Assembly: GCA_965213685.1 (NCBI GenBank) | Contig: CBDBZY010000016.1 | Location: 224,001 to 288,000, forward strand | Source of the DNA: a bacterium | GTDB taxonomy: Bacteria; UBA8248 | Reading direction: 5' to 3' | Length of the DNA stretch: 64,000 nt | Shown: in pieces, positions 32,348-54,909 of the stretch | Position numbering within the stretch: the first letter of the stretch is position 1 | How the letters are laid out: the number at the start of each line of letters is the position of its first letter | Translations under genes and position numbers: made by a program | The notes under the pieces: generated by a model | What the model was told of the DNA's origin: nothing | Databases searched by the model: none | Seen by the model: only the letters and a program-made list of their open reading frames with translations

Positions 32348-34474
32348 ATGGCTGCCTGTGGAGACACAGTTGAGAAAGCTGCCTCCTCCCTCACCCCTCG
32401 AGACCTCACCCTCCCTGGTAGGTCCCTCCCTCCTGCCATGCCCCTCATCATCTCCACCCAAGACAGCTGGGACCCTCACAGCTGCAAGCTGGAGACTCAC
32501 CAGCACAACAGCCAACCACAACACCTACAGATAGTCACAGACACTCTACAGCTGCTGGGAACCATCAACAAGCCTGTGGCTGTCCTGTCCATCTGTGGTC
32601 CCTACCGCTCGGGGAAATCCTACTTCATCTCCCGACTGCTGGGCAGGCCTGGGGCCTTTCAGCTGGGCCACAGGATGCAAGCCTGTACACGTGGAATCTG
32701 GATGGCCACCACTGTCCTGGAGTGTGAGCAGTTTGTCACAATCTTGCTGGACACGGAAGGCATTGATGCCATTAGAGCCTCTGAGACCATGGATGCAAGC
32801 TTGCTGACTGTCACCACACTCCTCAGCTCCTACCTCATCTACAACTCCATGAAGGTGCCCCAGAAGGTGGACCTGGACAAGATGAGGTGCTTCACACAGC
32901 TCTCCAGGTCTCTGCTCGTGCAGAAAGGGAAGTCCATGAGGGCAGAGGTCATGAGGAAGTTCTTCCCTCACTTTCTGTGGCTACTGCGAGATGTGACACT
33001 GAAAGTGACAGACAGAGCCGGCCAGACCATCTCAGCCACTGAGTTCCTGCACACTCGTGTGCTGGCATCACAATCTGGCCAGCCTACAGAGCTGGGCAAG
33101 TCTCTTTGCAGCCTCTTCCCCTCACTGGAATGCCACACTCTTCCCATGCCAAGTATCAACCCCAAAGTCATCAAGAACATTGTGGAGCAACAGGACAAGC
33201 TGAAACCAGCATTCAACAAGGCAGTGGATGAGCTGATCCAGCGAATCCTGTAGCAAGTCACGCCCAAGAAAGCCATCGATGGAGTGAGTGTGGTGGATGG
33301 CCCAGCTCTAGCTGCTCTGACCCATGGCTATGTGGATGCCATCAACACACCAGGAGCAATACCAGACCTGGAACAAGGCTGGCAGGCCGTCATCAAGTGG
33401 AAACTAAAGGAACTATCAGACAAGCTAGTGGAGGAGTATAGGAGAGAGATGGAGGAATGTTTAGCAGACAATCTTCCCATGGAGGAGAGGAATCTGATGA
33501 GAATCCACAAACAGACACTGAGCAGGAAAAGGGAGTCACTGCAGCAGGAGATCCGTCGACTCAAGCCATTGAGTTCCACCTCTGGAGACAAAGACCCAAT
33601 CCTGAGTCAACTGGAGCAGGCAATCAGTCAGACAAACGAGGGGGGCGAGGTGATTGGGGGGGTCCTGTTCCAGTTCACCACTCACAACTACTCCAAGTCC
33701 AAGCAGCAGTGTGAAGAGGTGCTGATGGAAGCAGTGAAGAGCAGTGGAATTCACAAAAAGTGTCAAGAAGCCTTCATCAACTCACAGCCACTGGACATAA
33801 TGGCAGAGATACAGGAGATTGACAGGCAATACCACAGGCAAGCTGTTGGACCAGTAGCCAGTGAAGTGCTGGAGAAAGGCCACAGAGAACTGAACCAACT
33901 GGGAGACTCACTCAAGAGAATTCCTGGCTCACCTGGTGAGGTGGAGGTCATTGGAAAGGGATCTGATCGAGTGAAGCTGAGCTGGCAACCTCCAGAGAAG
34001 AACCCTGAGGCTGCTGAGAGCTATGTGGTGTGGAAACAAGAGGAGGGGAAGCAGTGGGAGAGGCTGAGGGAGACAAAGAAGACCAAAATCCTCATCACTG
34101 GACTGAAGTCAGACACAGACTACCAGTTCAGAATCACAGCCACTAATGACCTGATTAAGAGTGTGGCTACAACACAGAACTCATATACAAGGGAGTCAAA
34201 AGCTAAGATGGGAGCTCTTGGTGGTGGTTTTGGAGCACTTGCATTTGCATTGTCCCCAGTTTTAGGTTATCAGGCTATGACTGATGGAGACATGAGTGGA
34301 GGAAAAATAGTAGCCATATCACTCGCCACTGCACCAATCAGCCTCATATGTGCTCCAGTTACTGCTACTGTGGGTGCAGTTGTGTTTGGTAGGGAAACGG
34401 TCAAGCAATGCTGCTACAGTGGAGACCTGTCCCCAGAGAGTGATGATGAGACGTCATGTGACTCCACAGAGTGA
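32348..34474 (+). pseudogene. GBP-FN3-TM copy 6 (type B) with a premature stop
   Basis: CAG>TAG at 33251-33253; the frame continues intact to 34474. Confidence 0.88.
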
Positions 34475-34899
34475 CATGACAATACTCTATGGCCAGCTAT
34501 AGCTGCTCTTGTGTGTACACGTTCATGTACTCTCATACCTGCCACAATACACACAACATGCACATGTATTTTGATATATTATGGAGTGGATGCAACTCAA
34601 TACAAGCTTTGTTACTATGACATTGTGTTGGCATGGCAACAGCAGACCCTGAGTGAGCATCCATAGTGTGGGTGGAGCCAGAGAGGTCACCAGTGGGTAG
34701 CACACACAGCAGTGATCATCACTGGTTGTCATGACGAGATGGGCCATGTCAATAATTACGTAGTTGCTATAACATGTCACTGTCTGTACCGGCTTCTGGT
34801 GCAATCTGATTGGTCATTTGATTCTTCTCATCACATGATTTGTTTGCATTGTCACGTGACTTGGTTTCTGAGTTCTGGTTGGTGGCTAAATGGTGGCTG

Positions 34900-38267
<3,368 letters not shown>

Positions 38268-38433
38268 AGCAGCGGAAGAATCGCCACACGGTCTCGGCAA
38301 ACACGACAGCAAAGTATACTAACGTGTACGGTGAGTTGCCTCCGTGTATGTCGAGTATCCGGTAAATGGGTGAGGCTGCAATACGAGCAGCTCCTAGTAG
38401 TGTGGTTTACTGAGCTAAGAGAGAAGCGTAGCG

Positions 38434-40618
<2,185 letters not shown>

Positions 40619-40845
40619 CCTGTGTATTGTGCCATTATATGTACTACCACTATTACATCATGGTTTAAAATGACCAATCAAAACTCACTGCCCATATAAA
40701 GATGAAAAATTCCCCCTGCTGTTACAACCCTGACATGTAATTATGGTTTGCTATGCTCAGCAATTCCATAACGTGTAGCAAGAGAGAAGCACTAGAAATC
40801 ACCACTTTCTCATTGCCTCACTCCAGTACCAAACAGCTACCAGCG

Positions 40846-42951
40846 ATGGCTAAGAAGCAGGAAGTTCCCTCCCTCACCCCTCGAGACCTCACCCTCCCTG
40901 GTAGGTCCCTCCCTCCTGCCATGCCCCTCATCATCTCCACCCAAGACAGGTGGGACCCTCACAGCTGCAAGCTGGAGACTCACCAGCACAACAGCCAACC
41001 ACAACACCTACAGCTAGTCACAGACACTCTACAACTGCTGGGAACCATCAACAAGCCTGTGGCTGTCCTGTCCATCTGTGGTCCCTACCGCTCGGGGAAG
41101 TCCTACTTCATCTCCCGACTGCTGGGCAGGCCTGGGGCCTTTCAGCTGGGCCACAGGATGCAAGCCTGTACACGTGGAATCTGGATGGCCACCACTGTCC
41201 TGGAGTGTGAGCAGTTTGTCACAATCTTGCTGGACACGGAAGGCATTGATGCCATTAGAGCCTCCGAGACCATGGATGCGAGCTTGCTGACTGTCACCAC
41301 ACTCCTCAGCTCCTACCTCATCTACAACTCCATGAAGGTGCCCCAGAAGGTGGACCTGGACAAGATGAGGTGCTTCACCCAGCTCTCCAGGTCTCTGCTT
41401 GTGCAGAAAGGGGAGTCCATGAGGGCAGAGGTCATGAGGAAGTTCTTCCCTCACTTTCTGTGGCTACTGCGAGACGTGACACTGAAAGTGACAGACAGAG
41501 CCGGCCAGACCATCTCAGCCACTGAGTTCCTGCACACTCGTGTGCTGGCCTCACAATCTGGCCAGCCTACAGAGCTGGGCAAGTCTCTTTGCAGCCTCTT
41601 CCCCTCACTGGAATGCCACACTCTTCCCATGCCAAGCATCAACCCCAATGTCATCAAGAACATTGTGGAGCAACAGGACAAGCTGAAACCAGCATTCAAC
41701 AAGGCAGTGGATGAGCTGATCCAGCGAATCCTGCAGCAAGTCACGCCCAAGAAAGCCATCGATGGAGTGAGTGTGGTGGATGGCCCAGCTCTAGCTGCTC
41801 TGACCCGTGGCTATGTGGATGCCATCAACACACCAGGAACAATACCAGACCTGGAACAAGGCTGGCAGGCCGTCATCAAGTGGAAACTGAAGGAACTATC
41901 AGACAAGCTAGTGGAGGAGTACAGGAGAGAGATGGAGGAATGTTTAGGAGAAAATCTTCCCATGGAGGAGAGGAATCTGATGAGAATCCACCAACAGACA
42001 CTGAGCAGGAAAAGAGAGTCACTGCAGCAGGAGATCCGTCGACTCAAGCCATTGAGTTCCACCTCTGGAGACAAAGACCCAATCCTGAGTCAACTGGAGC
42101 AAGCAATCAGTCAGACAAACGAGGGGGGTGAGGTGATTGGGGGGGTCCTGTTCCAGTTCACCACTCAGAATTACTCCAAGTCCAAGCAGCAGTGTGAAGA
42201 GGTGCTGATGGAAGCAGTGAAGAGCAGTGGAATTCACAAGAAGTGTCAAGAAGCCTTCATCAACTCACAGCCACTGGACATAATGGCAGAGATACAGGAG
42301 ATTGAGAGGCAATACCACAGCCAAGCTGTTGGACCAGCAGCCAGTGAAGTGCTGGAGAAAGGCCACAGAGAACTGAACCAACTGGGAGACTCACTCAAGA
42401 GAATTCCTGGCCCACCTAGTGAGGTGGAGGTCGTTGGACAGGGACCTGATCGAGTGAAGCTGAGCTGGCAACCTCCAGAGAAGAATCCTGAGGCTGCTGA
42501 GAGCTATGTGGTGTGGAAACAAGAGGGGAAGCAGTGGGAGAGGGTGAGGGAGACAAAGAAGACCAAAATCCTCATCACTGGACTGAAGTCAAACACAAAG
42601 TACCAGTTCAGAGTCACAGCCACTAATGACCTGATTAAGAGTGTGGCTGCAACACAGGGCTCAGAGACAATGTGGTCAAAAGCTAAGATGGGAGCTATTG
42701 CTGGTGGTGCAGGAGCAATTGGTCTGTCTCTGATGTCAGTTGCACTTGCTATTGTTATGAGTGATAAAAAAATGAGTATAATAATGGCAGTAGCCATATC
42801 AGTCGCCACTGCACCAATCAGCCTCATATGTGCTCCAGTTACTGCTACTGTGGGTGGAGTTTGGTTCGCTAGGGAGTTGATAAAGGAGTGTGAATGGGGA
42901 GACCTGTCCCCAGAGAGTGATGATGAGACGTCATGTGACTCCACAAAATGA
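40846..42951 (+). CDS. GBP-FN3-TM protein copy 7 (type A N-terminus, mosaic; ORF open from 40753)
   Basis: Open ORF with all motifs; single-codon deletions in FN3 (KQEGKQ) and in the hairpin loop. Confidence 0.92.
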   Translation: MAKKQEVPSLTPRDLTLPGRSLPPAMPLIISTQDRWDPHSCKLETHQHNSQPQHLQLVTDTLQLLGTINKPVAVLSICGPYRSGKSYFISRLLGRPGAFQLGHRMQACTRGIWMATTVLECEQFVTILLDTEGIDAIRASETMDASLLTVTTLLSSYLIYNSMKVPQKVDLDKMRCFTQLSRSLLVQKGESMRAEVMRKFFPHFLWLLRDVTLKVTDRAGQTISATEFLHTRVLASQSGQPTELGKSLCSLFPSLECHTLPMPSINPNVIKNIVEQQDKLKPAFNKAVDELIQRILQQVTPKKAIDGVSVVDGPALAALTRGYVDAINTPGTIPDLEQGWQAVIKWKLKELSDKLVEEYRREMEECLGENLPMEERNLMRIHQQTLSRKRESLQQEIRRLKPLSSTSGDKDPILSQLEQAISQTNEGGEVIGGVLFQFTTQNYSKSKQQCEEVLMEAVKSSGIHKKCQEAFINSQPLDIMAEIQEIERQYHSQAVGPAASEVLEKGHRELNQLGDSLKRIPGPPSEVEVVGQGPDRVKLSWQPPEKNPEAAESYVVWKQEGKQWERVRETKKTKILITGLKSNTKYQFRVTATNDLIKSVAATQGSETMWSKAKMGAIAGGAGAIGLSLMSVALAIVMSDKKMSIIMAVAISVATAPISLICAPVTATVGGVWFARELIKECEWGDLSPESDDETSCDSTK

Positions 42952-43377
42952 CATGACAATACTCTATGGCTAGCTATAGCTGCTCTTGTGTGTACAAGTT
43001 CATGTACTCTCATACCTGCCACAATAAACACAACATGCACATGTAATTATTATGCACATGTATTTTGATATAATTATTATGGAGTGGATGTAACTCAACA
43101 CAAGCTTTGTTACTATGACACTGTGTTGGCATGGTAATAGCAGACCCTGAGTGAGCATCCATAGTGTAGGTGAAGCCAGAGAGGTCACCAGTGGGTAGCA
43201 CACACAGCAGTGATCATCACTGGTTGTCATGACGAGATGGCCTCTGTCCTTATTATGTAGTTGCCATGTCCCTATGACATGTCGCTGTCTGTATCGGCTT
43301 CTGATTGGTCATTTTTCAATTGTCATGTGACTGGGTTTCTGAGTTCGTTGTATAATGGCTAAAATGGTGGATGACTG

Positions 43378-43720
43378 CTACTTAACTTCAGTGGCAAAGA
43401 TGTGAGGAGGGGAGGGGTGAGGAGGGGAGGGGGAGGATGGGGAGGGTGATTTTGAGTGTGTTGCTCTCCCATTGAGTTGGTCTACAGGGTAAGAGAGGGC
43501 CAGCTGGAATGAGTTAAGGGAGGGAGGGAAAGAGGGAGGGAGGGAGATGGAGAGAGTAGGAAAAGGAAAGGGAGAGGGAGGGAAGGAGGGAGGAAGAGTA
43601 AGAGGTTGCTAGGATACATCCAGGAGGTATGGTGGTGTTTTGTTCTGAAGTAGCAGCTGTTTCTCAAACACATTCAATTCCACATCTGCTGCAGAGCTCT
43701 GTGTGAAGGAGAGGAGGCAC
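43378..43720 (-). pseudogene. DNAAF2: Kintoun 3' remnant (exons 9-10 plus a sliver of exon 7)
   Basis: Internal deletion in the last exon; joined directly to a GBP fragment near 43720. Confidence 0.8.
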
Positions 43721-44335
43721 CAGTCCTGAGTCAACTGGAGCAAGCAATCAGTCAGACAAACGAGGGGAGTGAGGTAATTGGGGGGATCCTGTTCCAGTTC
43801 ACCACTCAGAACTACTCCAAGTCCAAGCAGCAGTGTGAAGAGGCAACCTCCGGAGAAGAACCCTGAGGCTGCTGACAGCTATGTGGTGTGGAAACAAGAG
43901 GAGGGGATGGAGTGGGAGAGGGTGAGGGAGACAAAGAAGACCAAAATCCTCATCACTGGACTGAAGTCAGGGACAAAGTACCAGTTCAGAGTCACAGCCA
44001 CTAATGACCTGATTAAGAGTGTGACTATAGCACAGGACTCACAGACATTGTGGTCAAAAGCTAAGATGGGAGCTATTGCTGGTGGTGCAGGAGCAATTGG
44101 TCTGTCTCTGATGCCAGTTGCACTTGCTATTCATGTTATGAGTGATAAAAAAATGAGTATAAAAATGGCAGTAGCCATATCAGTCGCCACTGCACCAATC
44201 AGCCTCATATGTGCTCCAGTTACTGCTACTGTGGGTGGAGTTTGGTTTGCTAGGCAAATGATCAATTTGTGCTACCACAGTGGAGACCTGTCCCCAGAGA
44301 GTGATGATGAGACGTCATGTGACTCCACAGAATGA
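43720..44335 (+). pseudogene. GBP 3' fragment with an internal deletion (type A C-terminus)
   Basis: Starts mid-helical region, jumps at gaagag|gcaacc (about 43842) into FN3; the C-terminus is nearly identical to copies 2 and 9. Confidence 0.88.
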
Positions 44336-45847
44336 CATGACCATACTCTATGGCTAGCTATAGCTGCTCTTGTGTGTACACGTTCATGTACTCTCATACC
44401 CGCCACAATACACACAACATGCACATGTATTTTGATATGGAGTGGATGTAACTGACAAGGACAGTTATTGTCAATACAAGCCTTGTTTATATGACATTGT
44501 TAGCATGACATTGTGTTGGCATGGCAACAGCATATAAATGAGAACCCATCAGTAGTGTGGGTGGAGCCAGAGAGGTCACCAGTGGGTAGCACACACAGCA
44601 GTGATCATCACTGGTTGTCATGGTGAGATGGGCCCCTGTCATCAAATCAACCACAATAATTATGGAGTTGCCATGTCCCCAGCCACAGAGCAGTGCTAGC
44701 CTCATTCCCTGGCCTTCTCCCACATGCCAGCACAACACCACACCCAGCATGGTGGAGTGCTTGTGTGTGGAGGGCAGATTGGGAACAAGGCTAGAGTGAT
44801 GTGGATTGAATGACCATAAACTAATTATTATACACTGTACATGTAGTGGTGAGTGTTATGAGCACCGCTAGTGATGAGTATCATGACTTGTGTTCCTGTG
44901 GTGACTGAGTGCTGAGGTGATTGTGGTTCTCTTGGCCTGATCCACAGCAGTGGGAACATTCCAATCAAACATCTGATGATGATACCAGCACAGCGACCCT
45001 GAGATGGGGGAAGAGGAGGATGAGAAAGAGAGTGAGTACATTAAAACACCAGAGAAAGGAAGGAGAGAGGCAGGCAGGCAGGCAGGCAGACAAGCAACTA
45101 AGCAAGTAGGCAGACAGACAGACAGATAGACAGACAGACAACTGTATCCACTTCAGGAGAGAAGCTTCATAGATGCCATAGGGTGGGTAGTATACACAAC
45201 ACTTTGGCTATTATGCCCTCCTCAATGTGATGTACAAACACGAGAAAGAGGTGCTCTATATTGAGGGTGACTATTAATGTCTGAGCCAGCATGCCAGGTA
45301 CTACAGAGCAAGGTTAATTAGGATGCAGAGATAAAATTATGACAAGCATTGTAACATGCTGGACAGGAGTTGTGCGTGTACAATGCATCACAGACTATCG
45401 ACGCTGAGGTTCATTCCTGTGAGATGAGAGGTCCCCAGGAGCCTTTATATCCACTTGCTCTCCCTATAAACTCCTGGAGACCTCTCATCCCAATGTGATA
45501 GCGAAGGAACCCCCCAGAGTGAAATTTGGGGTCCCCGGGAATATCATTCTCTCCATGCAGAGTGCTAGCAAGGCAAACACATATCCACTGTAACACGACT
45601 GCACCCCATGCCACAGTATCATACATGCCACAATAAACAGAACTCAGGACCACTAATCGTAACTGAAAGTAGTTTACCAAAAATTGCGAGTAGGGGCAGA
45701 GCCTGGGAACGAGCTAGGCTAACATGGCCTCCCTCTGCTCGAGCAAAGTTGCGCGACCTTGACCTCTGCGGCTTTGCTATTTTCCGAGTTCAAAAATCAC
45801 TCATCAACATCGCGCGTGTGGACCTTGGGGACGGGGCTAATCCGAAG

Positions 45848-45879
45848 TAGCCTCGTTCCCAGGCCTGGGAACGAGGCTA
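45848..45879. mobile_element. 32-bp palindrome micro-MITE, paralog of 10992-11023
   Basis: Exact TSD aatccgaag on both sides. Confidence 0.8.
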
Positions 45880-46865
45880 AATCCGAAGGTACTATATATT
45901 TTCCCCAGGCCGCTTACGTGACCACTCGGCCCCCGCATGAATGCGCGCTGCGCGTCCTTGATACAAGTGTACAGCACTCAACTAGCTGGGTAAGAACTCT
46001 TTGGACTTGTGCAAGTGCTCTTCAAACTCTCCTTACTGCAAGGAAAAGAGGTGGCTAAAGTGCTGCAGTGGCTGTTTTGACAGAATGGATGTGAGCACTC
46101 ACTGGGAGATTTTCGCAACTGAACATGCGAACCTTACATCATCATTACACAATATCTCTACTTATGATAGTAGCAATATCTGCACAGAGAAGCAAACATA
46201 CATTACCATACATGGAGTACCACACTCCAAATACATCACACAGGACAGCTATATATGTACATGGCACTGCTAGACACATACAATATTGAGGAAGGTGAAT
46301 TGATGTATATATACACTGCAGCATTGTCACACAACATTCACTTCAATTTGAACCCTTTTCGGGCATAATACTTCCCATGATCATGCAGCTCAAAGCATGT
46401 CATGTAACTAAGTATATAACTCTCTAGCTTTTACCTTGACAGAACACAAATTACCTACTGCTGTGCTTGCCCATATACTATGAGGAATATTTCCCTATAT
46501 TCAGTGAACATGATAACATGAGAGTGCATGTATATGTGTTAAAACAAGAAAGAGTTGTTAGAGGAGTTGCTATACAGCAGTCCTTCTTGTCAAAAACACA
46601 GAAGGAAAAGCTCTAGCCTTGAGACTCAGGCTACTTGTGGAAACACTGACTTACTGTCTATAGTATACCACACAATAATATATACACACACTACTCCATT
46701 TTGGACATGTACATTGTGCTTTACTCACTAGCTACCGGTGTCGTGTGAATTTCAATGTTTATACAGCCCAACTTCCATTCACAGACAGAGGTCACTGAGG
46801 TCATTCAGTGTATTAGAATACTGGGCAATTGGTGCTTGTATTGATCCACTGCTGTTAGCTTTACA

Positions 46866-48990
46866 ATGGCTGCCTATGGAGACACAGTTGAGAAAGCTGC
46901 CTCCTCCCTCACCCCTCGAGACCTCACCCTCCCTGGTAGGTCCCTCCCTCCTGCCATGCCCCTCATCATATCCACCCAAGACAGGTGGGACCCTCACAGC
47001 TGCAAGCTGGAGACTAACCAGCACAACAGCCAACCACAACACCTACAGATAGTCACAGACACTCTACAGCTGCTGGGAACCATCAACAAGCCTGTGGCTG
47101 TCCTGTCCATCTGTGGTCCCTACCGCTCGGGGAAATCCTACTTCATCTCCCGACTGCTGGGCAGGCCTGGGGCCTTTCAGCTGGGCCACAGGATGCAAGC
47201 CTGTACACGTGGAATCTGGATGGCCACCACTGTCCTGGAGTGTGAGCAGTTTGTCACAATCTTGCTGGACACGGAAGGCATTGATGCCATTAGAGCCTCT
47301 GAGACCATGGATGCAAGCTTGCTGACTGTCACCACACTCCTCAGCTCCTACCTCATCTACAACTCCATGAAGGTGCCCCAGAAGGTGGACCTGGACAAGA
47401 TGAGGTGCTTCACACAGCTCTCCAGGTCTCTTGCAGAAAGGGGAGTCCATGAGGGCAGAGGTCATGAGGAAGTTCTTCCCTCACTTTCTGTGGCTACTGC
47501 GAGACGTGACACTGAAAGTGACAGACAGAGCCGGCCAGACCATCTCGGCCACTGAGTTCCTGCACACTCGTGTGCTGGCATCACAATCTGGCCAGCCTAC
47601 AGAGCTGGGCAAGTCTCTTTGCAGCCTCTTCCCCTCACTGGAATGCCACACTCTTCCCATGCCAAGCATCAACCCCAAAGTCATCAAGAACATTGTGGAG
47701 CAACAGGACAAGCTGAAACCAGCATTCAACAAGGCAGTGGATCAACTGATCCAGCGAATCCTGCAGCAAGTCACGCCCAAGAAAGCCATCGATGGAGTGA
47801 GTGTGGTGGATGGCCCAGCTCTAGCTGCTCTGACCCGTGGCTATGTGGATGCCATCAACACACCAGGAGCAATACCAGACCTGGAACAAGGCTGGCAGGC
47901 CGTTATCAAGTGGAAACTGAAGGAACTATCAGACAAGCTAGTGGAGGAGTACAGGAGAGAGATGGAGGAATGTTTAGGAGACAATCTTCCCATGGAGGAG
48001 AGGAATCTGATGAGAATCCACCAACAGACACTGAACAGGAAAAGGGAGTCACTACAGCAGGAGATCCGTCGACTCAAACCATTGAGTTCCACCTCTGGAG
48101 ACAAAGACCCAATCCTGAGTCAACTGGAGCAGGCAATCAGTCAGACAAACGAGGGGGGTGAGGTGATTGGGGGGGTCCTGTTCCAGTTCACCACTCACAA
48201 CTACTCCAAGTCCAAGCAGCAGTGTGAAGAGGTGCTGATGGAAGCAGTGAAGAGCAGTCGAATTCACAAAAAGTGTCAAGAAGCCTTCATCAACTCACAA
48301 CCACTGGACATAATGGCAGAGATACAGGAGATTGACTGGCAATACCACAGGCAAGCTGTCGGACCAGCAGCCAGTGAAGTGCTGGAGAAAGGCCACAGAG
48401 AACTGAACCAACTGGGAGACTCACTCAAGAGAATTCCTGGCCCACCTAGTGAGGTGAGCGACATTGGACAGGGACCTGATCGAGTGAAGCTGAGCTGGCT
48501 ACCTCCAGAGAAGAACCCTGAGGCTGCTGAGAGCTATGTGGTGTGGAAACAAGAGGAGGGGAAGCAGTGGGAGAGGCTGAGGGAGACAAAGAAGACCAAA
48601 ATCCTCATCACTGGACTGAAGTCAGAGACAAAGTACCAGTTCAGAGTAACAGCCACTAATGACCTGATTAAGAGTGTGGATACAACACAAGCTTCATGGA
48701 CAAATGAGTCAAAAGCTAAGATAGGAGCTCTTGGTGGTGGAGTAGGAGCAGGTTTATTTCTATTGGCCCCAGTTGCAAGTACTATTTGGGCTGTCACTGG
48801 TGAAGACATGATTACAAGAAAAGGAGTAGCCATATCAGTCGCCACTGCACCACTCAGCCTCATATGTGCTCCAGTTACTGTTCCTGTGGGTGGGGTTTGG
48901 CTTGCTAGGACAGCGATCAAGGGTACGTGTGAATGGGGAGACCTGTCCCCAGAGAGTGATGATGAGACATCACGTGACTCCACAGAATGA
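46866..48990 (+). pseudogene. GBP-FN3-TM copy 8 (type B) with a frameshift
   Basis: 5-nt deletion (gctcg) after 47431 splits the gene into ORFs 46866-47555 and 47431-48990. Confidence 0.88.
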
Positions 48991-49426
48991 CATGACAATA
49001 CTCTATGGCTAGCTATAGCTGCTCTTGTGTGTACAAGTTCATGTACTCTCATACCCGCCACAATAAACACAACATGCACATGTATTTTGATCTAATTGTT
49101 ATGGAGTGGATGTAACTCAATACAAGCTTTGTTACTATGACATTGTGTTGGCATGGCAACAGCAGACCCTGAGTGAGCATCCATAGTGTGGGTGGAGCCA
49201 GAGAGGTCACCAGTGGGTAGCACACACAGCAGTGATCATCACTGGTTGCCATGACGAGATGGCCTCTGTCCTTATTGTGTAGTTGCCATGTCCCTATGAC
49301 ATGTCGCTGTCCGTACCGGCTTCTGGTGCAATCTGATTGGTCATTTGATTCTTCTCATCACATGATTTGTTTGCATTGTCACGTGACTTGGTTTCTGAGT
49401 TCTGGTTGGTGGCTAAATGGTGGCTG

Positions 49427-52629
<3,203 letters not shown>

Positions 52630-52799
52630 AGCAGCGGAAGAATCGCCACACGGTCTCCGCAAACACGACAACAAAGTATACTGACGTGTACGGTGCGTTG
52701 CATTCCGTATATGTTGAGTATCCGGTAAATGGGTGGGGCTGCAATACGAGTTGCAGCTCCTAGTAGTGTGGCTTGCTGAGCTAGGAGAAAAGCGTAGCG

Positions 52800-54651
<1,852 letters not shown>

Positions 54652-54909
54652 CCTGCGTATTGTGCCATTATCTGTACTGCCACTATTACATCATGGTTTA
54701 AAATTATCTGTACTACCACTATTACATCATGGTTTAAAATTACCAATCAAAACCTACTGCCCATATAAGGATCCCCTGCTGCTACAACCCTGACATGAAT
54801 ATAATTATGGTTTGCTATGCTTAGCAATTCTATAACGTGTAGCAAGAGAGAAGCACTAGAAATCACCACTTTCTCATTGCCTCGCTCCAGTACCAAACAG
54901 CTACCAGCG

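Noticed and set aside
43830-43850. Deletion as a spliced, retro-transcribed product (gaagag|gtgctg..ctgag|ctgg)
   Set aside because: The junction lacks the ctg expected from that acceptor and fits gg microhomology instead.
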